DNA of 64,000 nucleotides, from contig RHPI01001202.1 in NCBI GenBank assembly GCA_009103225.1, positions 243,206-307,205 on the forward strand, in the 5' to 3' direction. Below the pieces are notes generated by a model. That model ran no database searches and was not told the origin of the DNA. It saw only the letters and a list, made by a program, of their open reading frames with translations. Shown piece by piece: positions 1-12,186 of the stretch (position 1 is its first letter; each line of letters opens with the position of its first letter). A program made the position numbers and the translations under genes. The DNA comes from Chlorokybus atmophyticus (lineage: Eukaryota > Plantae > Mesostigma and Chlorokybus algae).

Positions 1-2293
1 TTTGTGTCGCCCGTCACATCCAGCTTCGTGTACCAGCGGACAAACATGACCTTCTTCCACACGCGCTCGCCGCTACCACCCCACACAACCATGTATCAAA
101 AAAGGAGTGCCTGAGCCCACCACGTCACGTTTACAACGTCCTAATCACCTTCCCACTCAAGTGTAGAGAAACAAGGCCGCTCATGGAGCATCCCAGTTGC
201 GCGCGCCATGCTGACTCCAAGTGTCATGTACACCACTGCGCATCCGTTTACCACGCGAACAGCACGCCACCCGTCGGCCAACTCCAGTTGTTCCCTCATC
301 AACTAGCTGTCCAGGGTTGCAGGCAGCTTGTCGGCGAATCGAGTCTTCAGGGCGACTTGGCGACTACGCACAGTTGCGCTCCAGTACGGGCTGGACTCCC
401 TTATTGTCAGCACATCCATCCGTAGCAACTTGTCCGTCTTCTCCATTACAATACAGCACTGCTGCCGTGCCTGCGCCATGTTCAAGCACATCTCGGGATC
501 CACAACCATGCCATCCTCTCTGACATATTCCGCACAGCTCCACTCTTAAGATGCGCACCTGGTGGTCCCGGTTGTTGCCACCACGCGCCCACCGTTTGAT
601 AATTTAGGCGTGCGTTTGCTCCATGCGGTTGGCTCTAAACCAATCTAGGTGTCCACTGCTGACAATTGCCGACCAAAAATGAGTGAGCTAATGCATCTTC
701 TCGATCTTCCAACTTGACTTCTGCAGAATATGACGACAGTAGCGGATGCAACACTGCAGATTTCAAGGCAGCCAGCTCGCTATCGGTTGTGGTCAGGGTC
801 TCTCTTGTGTGTTCATGCGCTTTGAGCAAACTTCTCGCGCCACTCGGCAAGCAATGCGGCGGCAATGGTGAAGGAATCGTTGCCCTTACTGTTGAGCAGC
901 AATTCGTTTACAAGGATCGGCAGCAGGTGCGTCACCGCCACTTTCTCCACTTGAAAGGAGTGGTCGAACAGGAAGAAGTCTACTGTGCTTGTGGGTGCCT
1001 TGAAGTGCGAAACTCGTAGAGTTGCCTTGCATGCATTCATGTGCACATCTGCTTGTAAGCACCTGTAGTTGGCTTTTGGGTTCAACACAAAGTCAACACC
1101 AAAGACGTGCCTGACCTGCAGAATCTGTCTCATGGATGGACGCATGCATTTCTTTCGCAGCATCGTAAACAGCACGAAGCAGGTGGATAATGATGCCTCC
1201 CAGCACATGCATGGCGTCAGGGGCAGGGCGAGCAGTCAGCCCCCGGCACCCGCGACTGTCGCCACTCCCACAATGCATTTGGTTGCCAAACCACATTGCC
1301 TGGTTACACGGAAAGCCATTCATCTTTACGAATGCCGGTAATTTGACCATTACCTCCTTGACATATATGGAGTGCTGCTCTTTGAAAGCCTTGGCTGTCT
1401 GGCGTGCATTGCTAACACATCTATGCAGGTCCACCCGCAGTTGTTGTATTGCTGGTGTGTAGAAAGCCTCGGTTCTCAATTCCGCGTCCTCATCCATCTT
1501 CAACATATTTGACCTGGTGACAAGACAAACATCGCAAAAATGTCGTGTTTGGTTGCCCGACAGTGCATGCGATTGTGGCAGTCTTTTACAACATGACAAA
1601 CTCAGATGCTCCATTGACGACATCCTCCACTGTTTGCCGGCAGGCTGCAGTCATGCATGCCCACTATCTGCAAGTCGCTGATGTAGTTGGCAAGTGCGGG
1701 AAACACACAACACTCGATGCCATTTGGGTCGATGAGCTGCAGACCTTCCCAGCTCCCCTGCTTTACATCCCCTAACACTACATTTGAAGCATCATAGAAA
1801 TTCTTACGTTTTGAAATTGAGAACGATTCCTTGCGCTGCGCCCAGGTGGGATGCCCAGCCATTGCGTGAACCACCGGCAGAAGCGCTATTATAACAACCC
1901 CCATGTTGCTAGCATACATATTCAAACTGTGGTTGGCAAGCGATGCCATCAGAGGGTAGGCAGAGCGCTTGCCAGCACTGTCCGGCGTGGTCTTGTCATT
2001 GTACGGAATGGCAGGCGCCAAGTAGGATGCTTCCCCCACCTGTCTCCTCAGATCCACCTCAACATCCTTCCACCAATCGCGCGTGGAAGGATGGCCAAAG
2101 CTGTGCACGTCACCACTATACTAGAGATTGAAGCCATTACGGCATATGGATTGCCGTACAACCGCCACTGCGAGCCATATGTGCTCCGACCAAGAGCATT
2201 AACAATCATGCTGGCCTCGGATTAGATACTGCATTTCACAGACCTTAGCCGGCATATATGTGACGCTGATGTTCTGATCCTCAAGGTTCCCAT

Positions 2294-2394
2294 GGTGGAG
2301 AATGTAGCATGATTTGCAGTGTTCTCTACATGTATAGTATATGACACTTATGTGCTATTGTCCAGTTAGCTTAGCTAGCCTTATTATAGCTTAT
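2294..2394 (+). repeat. Truncated 5' LTR of the Copia element
   Basis: Matches 5980-6080 with 8 mismatches in about 101 bp (manual alignment), then switches abruptly into gag-like sequence. Confidence 0.9.
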
Positions 2395-4130
2395 CGTGTT
2401 GGAGGGTATCAGTACCAATCGGAAGCTATCCCAAAGAGATTTTGCCATTCTTGTTAAAAGCAGAATCAAGGATTAAGGGCAACGAGGCCAATGGAGAGTT
2501 TAGTGCGTTCGCTGCTCGAGCGCAGTTATCTGGAGGAGCTGGTACAAGCAACAACAATAATGGCAACAGGAGTGGAGATCAGAAGAAGCATAAGAAGCCT
2601 TTCATGGGGAAGTGCTTGCATTGCGACCAAGTTGGGCACAGGAAGAGTGTTTGTCAGCAGCTGAGATCAGCAAAGGGCAATTCACAGGGTGGACAAAGAG
2701 GAGTGGGTGGAGCGGTTGCCTTCACAGCATCCACAAAAGATAGATGTCTGGGTGGGTGTTTGATTCTGGTTGTACGCAGCATCTTACTCCGGATGCTGGG
2801 CTGCTACAGAACTACAAGGTTTAGACAAGTCCCCGCACAGTGAAGGTGTTGGATGGGAGCCTGGGGGTAGCGGGTACAGGCCAGGCAGTGCGTCAATGCA
2901 AGGTGGGAAAAGGTGTGTACAAAGTGGAGCTGAAGATGGTTCTTCATGTCCCACGTGCACAGGCTGGCCTCTTCTCCATGAAAGTTGTGTTGAAGGCTGG
3001 AGCTGATCTGTCAAGATGCAGAAGTAGAGGTCTGTCTGCGTGTGGATAGCAAGGTGTGTCTCATCGCGAGGGAACAGCAAGACGGGCTCTACCTGATAGA
3101 AGCAGCTGAGACTAACAAGGCGCTGGTGGCGACAGTTCCTGAGTTAGCTGAACTTTGGCATCGAAGGCTTGAACACCTTGAGTATGACAACCTTCATCGT
3201 CTAGTGGCTGAAGATCTGGTCAGAGGCATCAATGTGAGCAAGGCGCAGATCAAGTACGGAGGTGTGTTCTGCGAGCCGTGTGTTCTGCGAGCCATGCGTG
3301 CTGTCCAAGATGCATAGGCAACCTCTCTGACAGCGTCAGCGAGCACGTTGGACAGTTGGTGCACACAGATGTGTGTGGTCCGGTACCAGAGCCATCTAAG
3401 GGGTCAGCATCCTACATTGTCACCTTCCTTGATGACTTCTCCAAGCTTTTACTGGTGCGTTGGTAAAGCTCAAGTCAAATGTCCCAGCTATGGTGATAGA
3501 GGTGGTACTGTGGTTGAAGAGTGTGTCTCACAAATTAGTGAAGATAGTCAAAAATGACAGAGGAGGGGAGTACCTAAACAAAAAGCTGTCTGCATTCTGG
3601 TCTTCACAAGGCATTGTGCATCACACAACACAGCCCCATACACACCGCAGCAGAATGGTGCAGCAGAGAGGCTAAATCTAACTTTGACGGAGAGAGTTCG
3701 TGCTATGCTGAAAGATGCAAAGTTGGAGTATTGCTGCTGGGCAAAAGTGGTCTTGACAGCCAACTTCAAAAGGAATAGATCGTTAGTGCTCAAGCAAAGA
3801 ATCCGTGGGAGCTGTTCTTTGTGAAGGCTCCAGACGTCAGCAACATGCGAGTGTTTGATCGCATTGCATATGTGTTGACACCCAAGCAGCCAAGCTAGAA
3901 GCTGGACCCGGTCAGTAAGAAAGGTGTCTTCCTTGGCTATGAGCCTAACTCCAAGACTTATAGGGTGCTGCTGGAGGAGATCTAGAAGATTGTGATCAGC
4001 AGAGAAGTTGTATTCCATAAGCCGTTAGAGCACACAGCAACTGCAAGAGATTTGTGACAGCGTTTCATTAGAAGATAAAGGCACAAATGATGATCAACAA
4101 CAGCCGGAGTCAAGTACAGCAACAACTGTT

Positions 4131-4172
4131 CCATATTCCATATCCATATCCATATCCATATCCATATCCATA
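4131..4172 (+). repeat. (CCATAT)n hexamer microsatellite in the Copia integrase-RT spacer
   Basis: About 6-7 tandem CCATAT units, translating as PYPYPY. Confidence 0.9.
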
Positions 4173-5979
4173 TCTAGTGGACAGTGGTTCTGATTCTGAA
4201 AGGGAAGTCAGCCTTAAGAAAGTGAGCAGCGCTGCGCGTAGAGATGAGAGGAGTCATTATCAGCAGCAAAACCAACAACAAGGCAGGGGGCATTATCCTG
4301 GGCGCGACAGGAAGGGTCCAGTTCGTTTTCACAAGGAGTTAAGATATATGGCAGGCTCAGATTAACGGAGTGTGGAGCCAGCGACATATAAAGAAGCACT
4401 CCTGAGGACTGCTGCAGACAGTTGGCGTCAGGCAATGGATGAAAATATAGCCTCGCGGCATGCCAATGCGACATGGGAACTTGAAGTTCCACCTGTAAGG
4501 ATCAAGCCTATTCCGATCAAGTGGGTGTTTAAGGAAGAGGGACGGCAATGGCAACGTTGAGAGGTACAAAGCCAGATTGGTTGCCAAAGGGTTTCTGCAG
4601 CAAGAAAGAGTGGACTTTAATGAGGTGTTTGCACCTGCGGGGAAGTTGGCAACCTTCGGAGCTGTGGTGGCAATTGTGTCAGCAGACAACCTGGAGTTCC
4701 ATCACTTGGATGTCAAGACAGCGTTTCTATACGGGGAGCTGGAGAAGAGAATCTACCATCCAGCAACTAAAAGGGTACCTGGAGGGGCCACCTGGTATAG
4801 CATGCGGATTAGTAAAAGCATTATATGGCTTGAAGCAGGCACCACGAGTGTGGCATGCCAGACTGTGCAAGGAGCTTTAGAAGCAGGGATTTACTGCAAG
4901 TTTGGCAGATCAAAGCTTGTTTTACCACAAGAGCAAGCAAGTGTGGCTGTTGGTGTACGTGGACGACATTCTGATTGCAGCGTCAGGAATGTCGAGAGTG
5001 CAGCGAGTGAAGACTCAGCTGCAGGCTGTATTCGAGTGCAGAGACTTGGGCGAGACAACATATTTTTTATATGGTTGTTACCCGAGGCAGAGCTGCTGGA
5101 ACTGCCACCATTTCGCAAGAGCAAGCGGTGAAGTAGCTGGTGACAAAATGATCTCGACAAGGCGAATGTCAGAGAGGTGCCACTGAGCGTGGGAGTTCAG
5201 TTGGTGAGAGCACTGGACAGTGATGAAGAGCTAGACAAAGCAAAGTATCCCTATTATGAGCTTGTGGGGAGCCTTCTCTACTTGTCCCTTGCGTCTCGGC
5301 CTGACATTGCACATGCTGTGGGACAATTGGCAAGGTACATGTCTGCTCCACAATGCAGCATTGGTTGGCAGCAAAAGGAGTACTGCGCTACTTGTCAAGG
5401 ACAGCAACAGTTGGCATCAAGTATGGGTGGGGCAACTTTGAGTTGCAAGGCTGTTGTGATGCAGATTATGCTGGTGACCTAGATACCAGAAGGTCAACCA
5501 CTGGATATGTCTTCAAGCTGAATGGTGGAGTGGTTAGCTGGAACAACAAGCTGCAACCGCCAGTGGCAGCTTCCATTACAGAAGCAGAGTACATGGCCTT
5601 TGCAGCAGCGGCGAAGGAGGCATTGTGGCTTGAAAAACTGCTAGGAGACCTTGGTCATCCATGTGGAAGCGTCGAAATATCCTGTGATAACCAAAGAGCA
5701 GTGAAGCTACTGAAGAATCCCATTCTCTCGGCCAGAAGCAAGCACATTGGTGTGCACCATAACTTTGTGAGAGACAGAGTGGCGTGGAATGAGATTGAAT
5801 TTGTTTTTTGTAGCAATGAGGATATGCTAGCTGACTTCATGACGAAGGCAGCCTGTGAAGACTGCCTGTGAAGAAGTTCAAGGCATGCTGTGAAGGACTG
5901 GGCATCGGGACAGTGAAGATGAAGACAAATAAGACCAAGTTCTAAAGATTCAGAGCTGGCCAAGCTGTCTGCGTGGGAG

Positions 5980-6323
5980 TGTGGAGAATATAGCATGATT
6001 TGCAATGTTCTCTACATGTATAGCATATGACACTTATGTGCTATTGCCCAGTCAGCTTAGCTAGCCCTATTGTAGCTTATTAAGCTAGTATTTGATAAGC
6101 TACTCATAGACTGCAGTTGCATGAATAGGCTGCAGGCAGTTAGGACTGGTACAGTCTGGTCTAGTCTTTGGTAGGACCCAGACTGAGGGGCCAGAGCCGA
6201 CAGGCCGCGGATTATTGAGTTAATTCACTTCTCTGGTCACTTCGTTGGCGGTGTAGCTCTGCTCCTACCACTGTGCTGTGTATGCTTGTTGTGCATAGTT
6301 GCATGCACCATCTCTAGTCAACA
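5980..6323 (+). repeat. Complete 3' LTR of the Copia element (344 bp, TG...CA)
   Basis: Begins TGTGGAGAAT after a short purine-rich GTGGGAG, ends GTCAACA, and is immediately followed by the TSD CCCAT. Confidence 0.88.
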
Positions 6324-7736
6324 CCCATGCGCAGGTTAGTGGTCACGTAATTCTGCTATGGCAGCACACTCGCATGTGTATATGTGACATGGCTCTGATG
6401 GTTGAAGCACATGCACCTCACATCGTGAACACACCTCAGACTAGGAGAAAGCAATCGTGGTCCGGAGGTAGCTGGCCACATGCACACCAATCTCCCATTA
6501 GAGCTCTTTCGTCAAGAAGTGTGCATTTCAGATGCACTTGATGGTTCACTCCATGTCGGAGGCCGACAGGCATTGGCCGTTATTGCATTGCACGAATGCC
6601 ATTGCAAGAGCATGCTCCAACTTGCCGGTATGGCTTGAAGCCATACCACCTAAATTCCGACGCGTGCAAAGGGACGCCTCCAGCTCCATGTTGGCGTGCC
6701 ACAGGTTTCTCAGGCACACGCACACATCAAAAGCCCTCGTTCACCTTGTGAGCTAGACAGCGTAGCTTACAGAACATCAATCGGCTGAGTATAGCGCACG
6801 CGGTGCTTGCCAATGTAGACGTGTGTAGAGACTGGCGGGGTATAAAGCCCAGACTTGTTGCAATGAAGATGAGAGGTCACGATGTGGCATGTGTGCGGAT
6901 GCTGTGGCGGCAGTAGCAGTGATGCTCTTGTGTTGATGTTGTTGGCGTGTCACTTGCACGTGTGTATTCCTCCTCCTCCTGTTGCTGCTGTGCGTGTGTC
7001 TCCTGGAGGGGCCCTTCAGCATCAAGCATGTGCGCATCCTGGACCGAACTCCCCGGTTTAACATGACCCGCGTTGTACTGTAATAGACGCTGGCTAACAT
7101 ACAGCTTGATTTGCTTGCACACCCTGCTGCTAACAGTGTGCATGTAGACCGAACTGCGTGTGGTGAAGTGCATGTGGCAAAACGGATAAAGGACTCCCAT
7201 AGCTCACTACTGACGTCGACACAGGTGTCGCCAATGTAACCTGCATCATCATATCCAGCAACATGCACCGTCGCCGCCGCCGCCGCCGCCGCCGCTACCC
7301 TTGTATACCAGAGGCGGGAAACTTGGCCGCCGTCACGGAACGGTTCACTGGCGTGACGGCTCCGTTGTACCAGTATCATACAATCAAGCCATTAAACGTC
7401 CAGGGTGGGGTAAGATTGCATGAATGTTTTTGATTGTACCATTTGAATGATACGATGATGCCTTTGCCGAAAGGTACCATTAAAAGTGCAGTGGCAATGG
7501 CAGTTCCTACCATTGACAGGTGTTGGCAATGCCAGTTCCTGCGCATGAAAACACCATTGATGGCTCCGCCAAGCTATGCCCTTACAGGGCGGTAATGCCG
7601 AGGGTATGTGGCGTTTAATATCGTTGGCGGCGCTGCCAGGGGCGTAGTGGGCGTTTTGGTCAAGGTCCGGGATGAAGCCCATGTGCGCATAGGGCGGGCA
7701 AGGTGCCGGTGGGTGTCCTTGGTGTCAAACCCCACC

Positions 7737-8520
7737 ATGCCTACTAAGGGCACAGCCAACGACAACAGTGACTTGGGCGACATGTTATAGGGCCCCCCCT
7801 CCGAGTGGGAAAAGACACACCACAATATTGCCTCTAAGAACATCCGACCCACTAGCAGCTGCGACCACGGCGACATGATTAATGGGCAAACAAGACTGGC
7901 ATAACCAAGGTGGGTTACAATTCACTGTCGATGCAACATGCTAGGGTTCTTTTATTCTGCACAGCCTCAAGTATCTTACACGTGACATACACTGTCAACC
8001 ACATGCCACACCCTCATGCACAGCCTCCGATGTCATGCACATGAGCATGACCAATCTCGCAAAAGCACAGCCTATTTTTACTTGCGGGAGCTCACAAGTC
8101 GCAAAGGAGAAGCTGCGGAGTACTACGAACGGGTAATCCATGACCTACTTTGATGTTTTCCTTAGCAATTAAGCAGTATGCTTGCAGATTGCCATGTTGG
8201 TCAGAGAGAACCAAGAGCAGCGTGGCAGGCTGTCTGTCTGACAGAGTGCGACAAAGCGGAAGTCAAGGTAAGCATGCGTATGCTAATGGGCTAGTCCTCT
8301 GGCAGCACGCCACTCTTACAACATTATAAAATGCAAGTGGTCACTTAAAGCAACCATTAAGCGCATGCGCGTGCACGGCGAGGTGCCAACATTCAAGCTG
8401 AAATGAAGTAGCCGCTGTATTGTCAGCGAGGCAGCAAATGATGATGACTCCGATGTTGAAGCAGAAGACTTGTCGGAGGAGGAACATGAGGAGGGGGTTG
8501 AGGAGGAGTTCTGAAGCAGG
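7737..8520 (+). pseudogene. Possible decayed spliced gene of unknown function, divergent from the Plavaka transposase
   Basis: Three candidate GT..AG introns (GTGGGT..CTGCACAG ~7910-7964; GTAATC..TTGCAG ~8134-8187; GTAAGC..ATGCAAG ~8269-8337). Acidic tail NDDDSDVEAEDLSEEEHEEGVEEEF*. In-frame stops present. Confidence 0.35.
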
Positions 8521-10606
8521 CACCACGGGTTGACGAGCTGCGCGTGAGTGTGACAGCTAGACCTAAAGTTGTAGGTAGTTTCATGCGCAAGTCGGATGCT
8601 CGGTTGCAAGTGGACATAATCTCACCATTGCCAATATGTTGTACATATTGTGGGCTTATTGGTGCAAGACCAAACAATCAGTACAAGGTTTGTACAAGCT
8701 GCATGGCATGTTAGTGTTGGCTTACGGCAAGAATTGTCAACTTTTGTTAAACGGTAAGGGTTATATATCAACAGCAGTGTAACGGCAAGGAAACTGCCGG
8801 CTTTGCTGTCAGCTGTCCGTAACTACCGGCTAACGGCCGTCTGTGCACAACGACTGAAGGGTAACCGGTTGACAACTCTCGGCCGGTTAGTGCCACTGAC
8901 AACCACTTTCGGTCTGCGAATGTCTGCGTCAGTCCATTTAAGCCAACGGCAAACCCAATAGTTTAAAAGTAACATTTCAAGCAGCGGTAGGCAGGCTCAG
9001 GCACCCGTCAGTCCCTCAGTCCTTATTTACTCACTGCGTAAAAAGTAAAGGGTGGCTAAACGTTGAAATGTGTTTCTGTGGGATAGTCACCAAGTGTAAC
9101 AACCCACTCAGCCAAAGCTTACTACGATCGGCGTGCCGTATGGCTCGCTCATACATTGCTTTTCATTATTGGGACTGGCAACTAAACAGTGCTTTACAAT
9201 GTTGTGGGAGTCTTGAAGCTTTATCATAGAAGCAAATTTTAATCTTCAATTACTCTGGTAGCTAGCGGCCACTTTAAGCAAAGGAAAAATACAAGTTGCT
9301 TTCGGTGGTGGAGTTTCAAGATTGTCAGTTTATTACGATGCATAATTCAATTGCTTTCAAGAGCAATGACACATGAGCTGTGCGCGGGCGGTATGGTATT
9401 GCCATCCGCGCCAACCACAGACGGGTTGAGCGGGATGGGTTGCATTTATCTTTTATTCGCAATTTTTACTCAGCAACTTTGATAATATGTGTATTGATGC
9501 GCTCAACGTGGATTGTTAACTTGTCCGCGAGCAGGCATAATAAAATTTTTGGGTGATCATCGAAAACACCGGATTGAACACATGTGCTGCAACAGAGTTG
9601 TAGAGCATTGTGTATGCACAGATCGTTTTGTATGAGGAAGCGAACTGTGCTTTGCTAACTAATTGCATTGCTGCTGTGCATTATGCTCCTACCCTTGCTA
9701 TTCTGCTTGGGCACTTGATGGGTGCAAGGTTGGAGGGTGCATCATTTGCACGAGTTATGATTAAAGAGCATACTAGAGTTGGGCAACAAGCAATATGGCG
9801 GAGGGTATGCATGCTGAATGTGGGCTTTTGTTCGCTGACATCATTAATGCTTACAGCAAAGGTAACTCGGTATGCTTTCTTGCTGAGTGTAACAAATTTC
9901 TTGCTGAGTGTAACAGCTTGCGCATGAAATAACCTTGCATAGGCAAGGATAATGGCAACGACTGACTCACACAAAAACTCAAGATAGCTGCATACAAGCA
10001 ACATTGCAGCAAGTAGGCAGCGGGATGGGAGTGGGGTTGAGGCGAGCGTGGGGCGTGGTGGGCAAGCAATGGTAAGTTAGTTTACGCCAATAGTAAAAGC
10101 AACAGTATGCATGCGCAACCCTTAACCATGCACACAGCATGCAAGCACAACCTGTAGCACGTGCACACAAAAGTCACTGCAACACGCTGTCCAACACATA
10201 CAACACTAACCCTAACCAGGCTAAACATGTGTTCTACATAGACTACCCAAACACACACCTCCCCCGACAACAACTTCTCATCTACACCCACGCAGCCCCA
10301 ACAGTACTCCCCAAAGCAGCCCTCCCCTCACTGCGCAGTTCCACCTCCACAACCCACTAACACCCCCTCTCCACCCCGCAGCAGGGTTAGAGTGAACGGG
10401 CAATTGCTCTGCTCTTGCTGATGTTGGACATACTGTCCAACTGTAGCCATGTGATGCAAAGACCTTTCACACATCAGCAGCTGGGGGGAGAAATACTGTA
10501 CATGTGGGGCTCTCTGCCCTTGTGTGCTGCGCAGTACATGGGCACAGCATGCTCCATGTGCGTGCGTGTCCCTGTGTGGTGGGTGGGGGTGGGGGAGCAG
10601 AAGTTG

Positions 10607-12186
10607 TTACTTGGGGTCCCATCGCATGAAATATACGGGCGGTCCGCCATATGGGATTGCGCATGGGGCAATCTCCTTGAAACCCATTCTCATGTACAAC
10701 CGACGGTTGTGTTCAGAAGAGGCTTCAAGTGCCACGCTCTCGCCCGTTGACTGCGCTCTCTCCAGGATCTGAGGGCACCCGGGATGATGTGCGCATGTTG
10801 TAAGTTGACTGTACGCGTCAAGTCAACATGCATCTCACCTTTGATAGGAGCAAGGAACCAAAGCCGCGACCCTGATATTCTGGCCGAACTCCTATTGCAT
10901 ACAAGTACCTACAAGCGAACATTGATGAATAGCCTCTATCCAGGAAGAAGTCACTGACACTCTCAACATGCTTGTAATCATTGTGTGTATTTGGTGTCAC
11001 CAACAACAAAAACACATGAAGCGTGCCTGATGGGCAAACAAGCGGCGTACCAAAACGAGGGGCGGTCGCGCATCATTGCTTCACGTCCTGACTTAATCAA
11101 CCGAACCACGGTGTCGGCGTGCGCAATGTGCCTCACACCCAGCTGAGACAACAACCACAAACCAACATTGAAGACACAGCAAGGCAAGCAGGAGACTGTG
11201 AGAATATGGCAAACATGCACTACCCCTGAGATGACTGCCCACAGCCAGAGTGGGTCCGCCCACAGCATGCGCAGTGTTTCGAACGCGCCACTTGGCATGT
11301 GTTCTGTCACCGCCACAGCCACCATCTCACCATCTGTGGGATGCAGCGCTTTGTCAACGCTTTGTGGTATGTGGCCTGCAACGTGTGTTCGTGTATGCAT
11401 GCATGACTCGTGTAGTGAGCTTGCCATAAGCGTCATGCATGCATAAGACAACTGGTTAAGCCATGCATGCATGCAGGTGGGAACGCAGCAACCAAGCAAC
11501 TAAACAAGCCAACAACAGCCCACACATGCACGGGCATACGTACTTGCACTCGCTCACATGCACGAATGCAAGGCACGCACAGTGGAACACAAGCAAGCAA
11601 ACCGCAACCATACATGCACACACCAATAGGCAAGGTTGCTCCCACCTGATTACTCAGAGCACCTCTGAACGACTGACCCTCTCACGCACGCACACACTGA
11701 CACCCTTCCTGCACTTCACTCCAAACACAGGTTACCACATTACTACTCACTATCATACTCACCGTCTCCGCGCACGACAAGCACTCTGTCGTTAACAGCT
11801 TGCTTCTCCTGCTTGGCAATCCCCCAGTTGAGGGACTTGATGTGCGCGCGGAAGTCGCCGCCCATCATAGTCGCACGCCGGCGCTTGTCCGCCTGCAGCC
11901 ACTGCGCCAGCGGATCATCCTGCAAACACAGTGTTAGCATTAAGGTGACTGTGGGAGTGTGTCGGGGTGTGTGGGTGTGCGTGTGGGTGTGGGTGTGAGC
12001 GTGCGTGTCTGCGTGTCTGCGTGTGTGCGTGCATGGGACACTTACCTGGAAGGCGTCGGCGAGGGCGGAGGACGCTTCAGAGGCGGCGGCGGCGGAGGTG
12101 GAGAGGAAGGCGACCCCAGGGTGGTCGAAGCTGCTGCCGGTGGGTGAGGCGCCCGCCGGCGCCGCCGCCATTGCCATCGCCGCCAT
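10607..12186 (-). CDS. GNAT family N-acetyltransferase (multi-exon)
   Basis: Spliced frame: MAAMAM..ALADAFQ|DDPLAQWL..|..PSFW|YLYAIGVRPEYQGRGFGSLLLSK|ILERAQSTGESVALEASSEHNRRLYMRMGF..WDPK*. Motif A (QGRGFG) and the N..LY.R.GF motif are present, with canonical GT-AG junctions. Confidence 0.9.

Larger units (their letters stand above)
2294..6323 (+). mobile_element. Degenerate Ty1/Copia LTR retrotransposon with a deletion removing the end of the 5' LTR, the PBS and most of gag
   Basis: Gag CCHC knuckle CLHCDQVGHRKSVC (~2610-2650), protease VFDSGCTQHL (~2755), LWHRRL, integrase LVHTDVCGP (~3355), RT KARLVAKGF..VFAP and LLVYVDDILI, RNase H CCDADYAGD/TEAEY. Order is PR-IN-RT-RH. 5-bp TSD CCCAT at 2289-2293 and 6324-6328. 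Many stops and frameshifts. Confidence 0.95.
1..7200 (-). pseudogene. Decayed Plavaka-type DNA transposase, interrupted by the Copia element at 2294-6323; runs off the left edge of the window
   Basis: Minus-strand frames give motifs in Plavaka order. N-terminal Zn-finger-like YPFCHMHFTTRSSVYMHTVSSRVC (ORF 6877-7200). HPSTRDWWKDVE...LAPAIPYNDKTTPDSAGKRSAYPLMASLANHS...IIALLP and PALANYISD (ORF 1602-2108). FCDVCLV and PDAMHVLGG (1093-1623). WKIEKMH*LTHFWSAIVSSGHLDWFRANRMEQTHA*IIKRWARGGNNRDHQ (~545-720). Several stops and frameshifts. Confidence 0.72.

Noticed and set aside
6777-7379. 200-aa minus ORF with a faint Ulp1-protease-like look (GYIGDTCVD, LHW)
   Set aside because: No convincing His-Asp-Cys triad; an overlapping frame (6877-7200) fits the transposase N-terminus better.
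7392-7876. Cys/His-rich ORFs checked as a TET/JBP dioxygenase next to Plavaka
   Set aside because: No HxD...H...R pattern in the expected double-stranded beta-helix context.
8700-9500. Candidate terminus of the Plavaka element (AACGG-rich short motifs)
   Set aside because: No TIR, hairpin or TSD can be defined, and the other end lies outside the window.
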